A stretch of 10,916 bases of DNA from Salinivirgaceae bacterium (lineage in GTDB: Bacteria; Bacteroidota; Bacteroidia; Bacteroidales; SZUA-534), in the NCBI GenBank assembly GCA_024405635.1, contig JAKSOL010000036.1, positions 1 to 10,916 on the forward strand, read 5' to 3'. The notes under the pieces are model-generated. The model searched no databases. It saw only the letters and a list, made by a program, of their open reading frames with translations, and was not told the origin of the DNA. A program made the translations under genes and the position numbers. Positions 7,186 to 10,916 of this stretch are shown in pieces. Each line of letters starts with the position of its first letter. Position 1 is the stretch's first letter.

Positions 7186-8405
7186 TATGAAAACATTTTA
7201 ACTGCTCGCACTAATGCGTCGTGCAGCATATCAATCTCTTGTTTTGTGTTGTAAAATGCAAACGAGGCACGCACTGTGCCAGGAATGCCATAATGTTGCA
7301 TCACAGGTTCGGTACAATGCGTTCCAGTGCGCACGGCAATTCCCATTTTATCAAGTATCATTCCTACATCGTAAGGATGCGCTCCATTTACCACAAACGA
7401 CAATACCGATGCTTTGTTGGCTGCTGTACCAATGGGTTTTACGCTATCGATGCTCAAAATGCGTTGTGTTGCATAATTGAGTAGTTCTTGCTCGTATGTC
7501 GCAATTTGCTCAATGCCAATGCTTTGCACAAATTGTAGTGCCTCGGCTAAAACTATAATGCCAACATAGTTTGGTGTGCCTGCCTCAAATTTGTATGGCA
7601 ACACATTGTAGGTTGTTTTGTCAAACGACACGCTCTCAATCATTTCGCCGCCGCCTTGATAAGGTGGCAGTTGCTCAAGCAGTTGAGTTTTACCATAAAG
7701 TGCGCCAATGCCCGTTGGCCCGTATATTTTGTGACCTGAAAAAACAAAAAAGTCGCAATCCATTTTCTGCACATCAATTTTAATGTGTGGAATAGATTGG
7801 CTACCATCAATCAGCACCATAACATTGTTACGATGCGCAATTTGTGCAATTTGCTCAACTGGATTAACTGTTCCCAATGTGTTTGAAACATGAGTAACGG
7901 CCACAATTTTGGTGTGTGGTGTTATTAGTTTTTCGAGTTGATTGAGATCAAGTTCGCCAGCGTCGTTAAATGCCCATTTAACCACTTTGGCGCCTTTGCG
8001 TTGCGCTACAATTTGCCATGGCACAAGGTTGCTGTGATGCTCCATTTCGGAAACAATAATCTCGTCGTTTTCGGTAATAAAACGCTCACCCACAGTGTAA
8101 GCAACCAAGTTAAGGCTCTCGGTGGCTCCACGGGTAAAAATTATGTTTTCGACCGATGGCGCACCAATAAAATTAGCAACCACTTTGCGAGCGTCTTCCA
8201 TTGCTGTGGTGGCCACATTGCTCAAGTGATGCACACCGCGGTGCACATTGGCATTGTAGTGGCAGTAAACCTCAGCTATTTTGTCAATCACCACTTGCGG
8301 TTTTTGCGTAGTGGCAGCATTGTCGAGATAAACCAATGGTTTACCGTAAACCTGCTCGGTAAGAATTGGGAACTGCGCCCTTATTTTTTCAATGTTAAAA
8401 GCCAT
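7185..8405 (-). CDS. sufS: Group II cysteine desulfurase SufS
   Basis: 406 aa; YLDNAATTQKP, EHHSN, FSGHK (PLP lysine), FEAGTP, RTGTHC catalytic Cys motif. Confidence 0.96.
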   Translation of the reverse strand: MAFNIEKIRAQFPILTEQVYGKPLVYLDNAATTQKPQVVIDKIAEVYCHYNANVHRGVHHLSNVATTAMEDARKVVANFIGAPSVENIIFTRGATESLNLVAYTVGERFITENDEIIVSEMEHHSNLVPWQIVAQRKGAKVVKWAFNDAGELDLNQLEKLITPHTKIVAVTHVSNTLGTVNPVEQIAQIAHRNNVMVLIDGSQSIPHIKIDVQKMDCDFFVFSGHKIYGPTGIGALYGKTQLLEQLPPYQGGGEMIESVSFDKTTYNVLPYKFEAGTPNYVGIIVLAEALQFVQSIGIEQIATYEQELLNYATQRILSIDSVKPIGTAANKASVLSFVVNGAHPYDVGMILDKMGIAVRTGTHCTEPVMQHYGIPGTVRASFAFYNTKQEIDMLHDALVRAVKMFS

Positions 8406-8407
8406 TG

Positions 8408-9253
8408 TTATTTTTTAACCAACTTCATTTTCATTGCAACGTCTTTCACTGGACGGTCAGAGCGACCAGTTTTAACAGCAGCAATTGAGTCAACCACTTC
8501 AAGTCCCTCAACCACTTCGCCGTAAACGGTGTAGTCGCCATCGAGGAAAGGAGTTCCGCCAATGGTTTTGTAAATTTCGCGTTGCTCGTCGGTATATTTA
8601 AATAGCTCAGTACCTTGTTTTTGCAAACGCTCGGCAACTACCTTTTCGCAAAGGTCGTTCAACTCGTTCATTTTCTTTTCGGCATAAAGTTTATGAATCA
8701 AGTTAATGGTGTCCATGTTAGCAGCATCTTGCATATATTCGTTCAAAGCATTTTGTCTGATGGCCATGTTGCGGCGAGCCTCAAACTGGTCAAGAGCAGC
8801 ATCGGTTTGTTTTTCGCCTTGCACAATGTAGAATTGGCAACCCGACGATTTTTTCTCAGGATTGTTGTTACGTGCAGCGGCCAAAGCACCTTTTTTATGA
8901 ATAAGGTTGTTGTTGAATTCGGCAGGAATCATTTCGCCATGTTCGCCAGCGCCAAGCATTTTGTCGGCTGGGGCATTTTTTGAACCTGGGTCGCCACCTT
9001 GAATCATAAACTTGTTAATCACGCGGTGAAAAAGAAGGTCGTTGTAAAAACCCTCGTCGGCCAATTTGGCAAAGTTTGCAGAGTGAAGAGGAGTTTCGTT
9101 ATACAAACGTACTTTAATGTTACCGTACTCGGTTTCGATGAGCACCAACTGCTCGTTGTTGTTGTTTGCTGACATAAATTTTAGTTTTCCGCAGCCACTT
9201 AACAAAATAGCTGATATTGTTATTAATATTGAATTGATTACTATACGTTTCAT
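8408..9253 (-). CDS. Cyclophilin-type peptidyl-prolyl cis-trans isomerase, predicted lipoprotein
   Basis: FHRVINKFMIQGGDP, HKKGALAAAR, SSGCQFYIV, LDGDYTVYGEV, with a helical insertion. I moved the start from 9292 to 9253, which gives MKRIVINSILITISAILLSG|C (lipobox). A promoter box lies inside the longer N-terminus. Confidence 0.92.
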   Translation of the reverse strand: MKRIVINSILITISAILLSGCGKLKFMSANNNNEQLVLIETEYGNIKVRLYNETPLHSANFAKLADEGFYNDLLFHRVINKFMIQGGDPGSKNAPADKMLGAGEHGEMIPAEFNNNLIHKKGALAAARNNNPEKKSSGCQFYIVQGEKQTDAALDQFEARRNMAIRQNALNEYMQDAANMDTINLIHKLYAEKKMNELNDLCEKVVAERLQKQGTELFKYTDEQREIYKTIGGTPFLDGDYTVYGEVVEGLEVVDSIAAVKTGRSDRPVKDVAMKMKLVKK

Positions 9254-9279
9254 TCTACTCTTACTGATTTTTATTGCGG

Positions 9280-9287
9280 CAAATTTA
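9280..9287 (-). promoter_or_regulatory. -7 promoter box (TAaaTTTG) for the PPIase-sufSE-sufT-membrane protein operon
   Basis: Exact TAnnTTTG match 26 nt upstream of the ATG at 9253. It is followed by CCGC, like the box at 2569-2576. Confidence 0.7.
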
Positions 9288-9694
9288 CACATAAATCTGT
9301 TGTTGACCTTTTGATAATGGTTGTTGTTTTTGATGATGGTGATATGCTTTCGTATTTTCTCTGCATTAGCAGATTAGCATTCTTCATACTCAGCAAACGG
9401 TAGCTCCAAATGCACCTTGTGCTTACAAGGTAACACGCGAACACGGCACAACCGAATTCCTTGAAAAAGTTTACGATGTGTTTACTCAAATGCAAGCTTT
9501 ATATCAAAGAAATATGTCGTTTGCTAACTAACTGATAATCAACTTTGAATAACATAAAAAACGTTATCTCTTCTCTTTTTTTTGTGCAGTTTTCAAAAAA
9601 TTCTGAATATATAATTGCTATCATATTAATATATGAAATATGTACATATAGCATAAAACATAGACCAGTCATCTAAGCATATAAATCAATTTTA

Positions 9695-9702
9695 TACCTT
9701 TA
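9695..9702 (+). promoter_or_regulatory. Putative -7 promoter box variant (TAccTTTA) for the copy R leader and gene
   Basis: Positionally equivalent to 1195-1202; one mismatch to TAnnTTTG. Confidence 0.5.
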
Positions 9703-9706
9703 CCAC

Positions 9707-10039
9707 ATCACCATTCTTCATACAAAACCCAAAACCAACCCGCCAAGTTGAGTATGAACTTGAGTGACAGATGTAAAAAAGCAGAAAACGGTATTCTGAG
9801 TTTGTTTTTGCAAGCAAAGCAATAGCCACCCACGTTTTTGTTTTTGTACCTCTTGTTTAAATTTTTAACCAGCTACTTGGGTGCGTAGCACAAACCATTT
9901 ATGCAAAAAACAGACAGAACCAACTATGTAGAGCCATTAACCAACAAGGTTGGAAAAATGGAGAAGAAAAGCCAAACAATTAAAGGTGAATGAGCAAGCC
10001 TTAAGTTGCTCAGAAAACTAAATACTTCTTAAAACAATT
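9707..10039 (+). ncRNA. Candidate structured 5' leader RNA, copy R
   Basis: Homologous to the reverse complement of 848-1190. It shares the same helices and the invariant block at 9921-9954. Confidence 0.6.
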
Positions 10040-10916
10040 ATGAAAAAAATATTTATGGCAATAGCCGCTGTAGCTATTGCAAGTGCATCGTATGCGCAAG
10101 GAATTGAAGTTACCGAAACACAAAATGTATTATCGGGAAAGAGTTATTTTAATGGGAATATAGGTATTGGAGATAATCCAAATACCGATTATAATTTGTA
10201 TGTCAAAGGGAAAAGCTATTACAATGGAAATGTTGGAATTGGAGTTTTTCCTAGTACTACTCCTCAATATGATCCGACAAATACTACTACACAGACATCT
10301 TATAAACTAAGAGTAAGAGGAAATTGCGAATTTAAAGGTAGTGTTGATATTGATGGCGACATTACTATCTCAAAAAATCACACATTAAAAATTGGAGATA
10401 AAACGATTGATCAATTTATAACGGATAAATTAGGCTCCAATCAAGGAGCAACAGCAACTCCAAGTGCATCTGCAGGTTCAACAAATGACGATGTTAATTG
10501 TAAAACTATAAAAACTAGTTGTAAGGTTACTATTGGCAATCCTTCATCTACCACTAACATGCTAAATGTAGGGGGAGATTGTATTGTGTATGGAGTTATT
10601 AGAACACCCGGAACGGTTAATGCAGGAAATGTTAGCGCAAACTCTGTGAGTACTAGTTCAGTTAGCGCACAAACAGTGAGTGCACAATATCTTAAATACG
10701 CAGTTTCGTGTACCAAATCATCCGACAAACGCTTCAAGAAAAACATTAAAAACCTTCCTACCGAAGTAGTATCAAAATTGAAACAGATTGAAAGCAAAAC
10801 CTACCAATACAAAAGCCAAGACGAGTTGCTAACTCTTTATCAATCAGTTAATGGCGACACCGCGCAAGTAAAATACTTTAACACCAACCGCGACCAATAC
10901 GGTTTCCTAGCCCAAG
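10040..10916 (+). CDS. Secreted tail-fibre-like protein with peptidase S74 (intramolecular chaperone) domain, copy R; 3' end runs off the window
   Basis: Open for 292 codons from the ATG at 10040. It has the signal MKKIFMAIAAVAIASASYA|Q, GNIGIG/GNVGIG...LxVxG repeats, SSDKRFKKNIKNL (10721-10738) and YGFLAQ (the S74 GFIAQE-type motif) at the window edge. Confidence 0.9.
   Translation, partial: MKKIFMAIAAVAIASASYAQGIEVTETQNVLSGKSYFNGNIGIGDNPNTDYNLYVKGKSYYNGNVGIGVFPSTTPQYDPTNTTTQTSYKLRVRGNCEFKGSVDIDGDITISKNHTLKIGDKTIDQFITDKLGSNQGATATPSASAGSTNDDVNCKTIKTSCKVTIGNPSSTTNMLNVGGDCIVYGVIRTPGTVNAGNVSANSVSTSSVSAQTVSAQYLKYAVSCTKSSDKRFKKNIKNLPTEVVSKLKQIESKTYQYKSQDELLTLYQSVNGDTAQVKYFNTNRDQYGFLAQ
10652..10880. 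repeat. Right arm of inverted repeat (partner 1-229)
   Basis: About 95% identity (12 mismatches in 229 nt) to the reverse complement of 1-229. Confidence 0.95.

Noticed and set aside
9254-9292. 13-codon N-terminal extension of the PPIase given by the ORF track
   Set aside because: It contains the TAnnTTTG promoter box, and the downstream ATG gives a canonical lipoprotein signal.
9378-9392. 15-nt exact match (CATTCTTCATACTCA) to the 5' arm of leader P1 in copy L (1185-1171)
   Set aside because: The flanks do not extend the alignment and no other leader block is nearby. A single 15-mer in AT-rich DNA can arise by chance, though a third degenerate copy is not excluded.
1399-9495. Remaining short ORF-track entries overlapping the housekeeping genes
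   Set aside because: They are alternative-frame or antisense ORFs over well-supported genes, with no recognisable motifs.
1-10916. Composite transposon or IS-flanked element suggested by terminal inverted repeats
   Set aside because: The repeats are coding sequence of S74 genes. No transposase or integrase is present, and the cargo is core housekeeping genes.

Overview
Bacteroidota (Bacteroidales-like) chromosomal segment. The centre (1373-9253) is an ordinary minus-strand housekeeping block: cyclophilin lipoprotein, sufS, sufE, sufT-like, a polytopic membrane protein, pheS, DUF2851, a TPR membrane protein and ribH. Several of these have TAnnTTTG promoters, and there are two intrinsic terminators. 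Both ends hold outward-facing, truncated paralogous genes that the ORF track missed (1-847 minus; 10040-10916 plus). Each encodes a signal-peptide-bearing, tail-fibre-like beta-repeat protein with a C-terminal peptidase S74 intramolecular chaperone. The chaperone ends are about 95% identical in DNA, while the N-terminal halves are highly diverged. Each gene is preceded by a homologous non-coding leader of about 340 nt that starts at a promoter-like box. The two leaders share several helices with compatible or compensatory changes, a possible kissing-loop and a 34-nt invariant block. This is a candidate large structured cis-regulatory RNA that I do not recognise as a known family. All translations, alignments and folds were done by eye.
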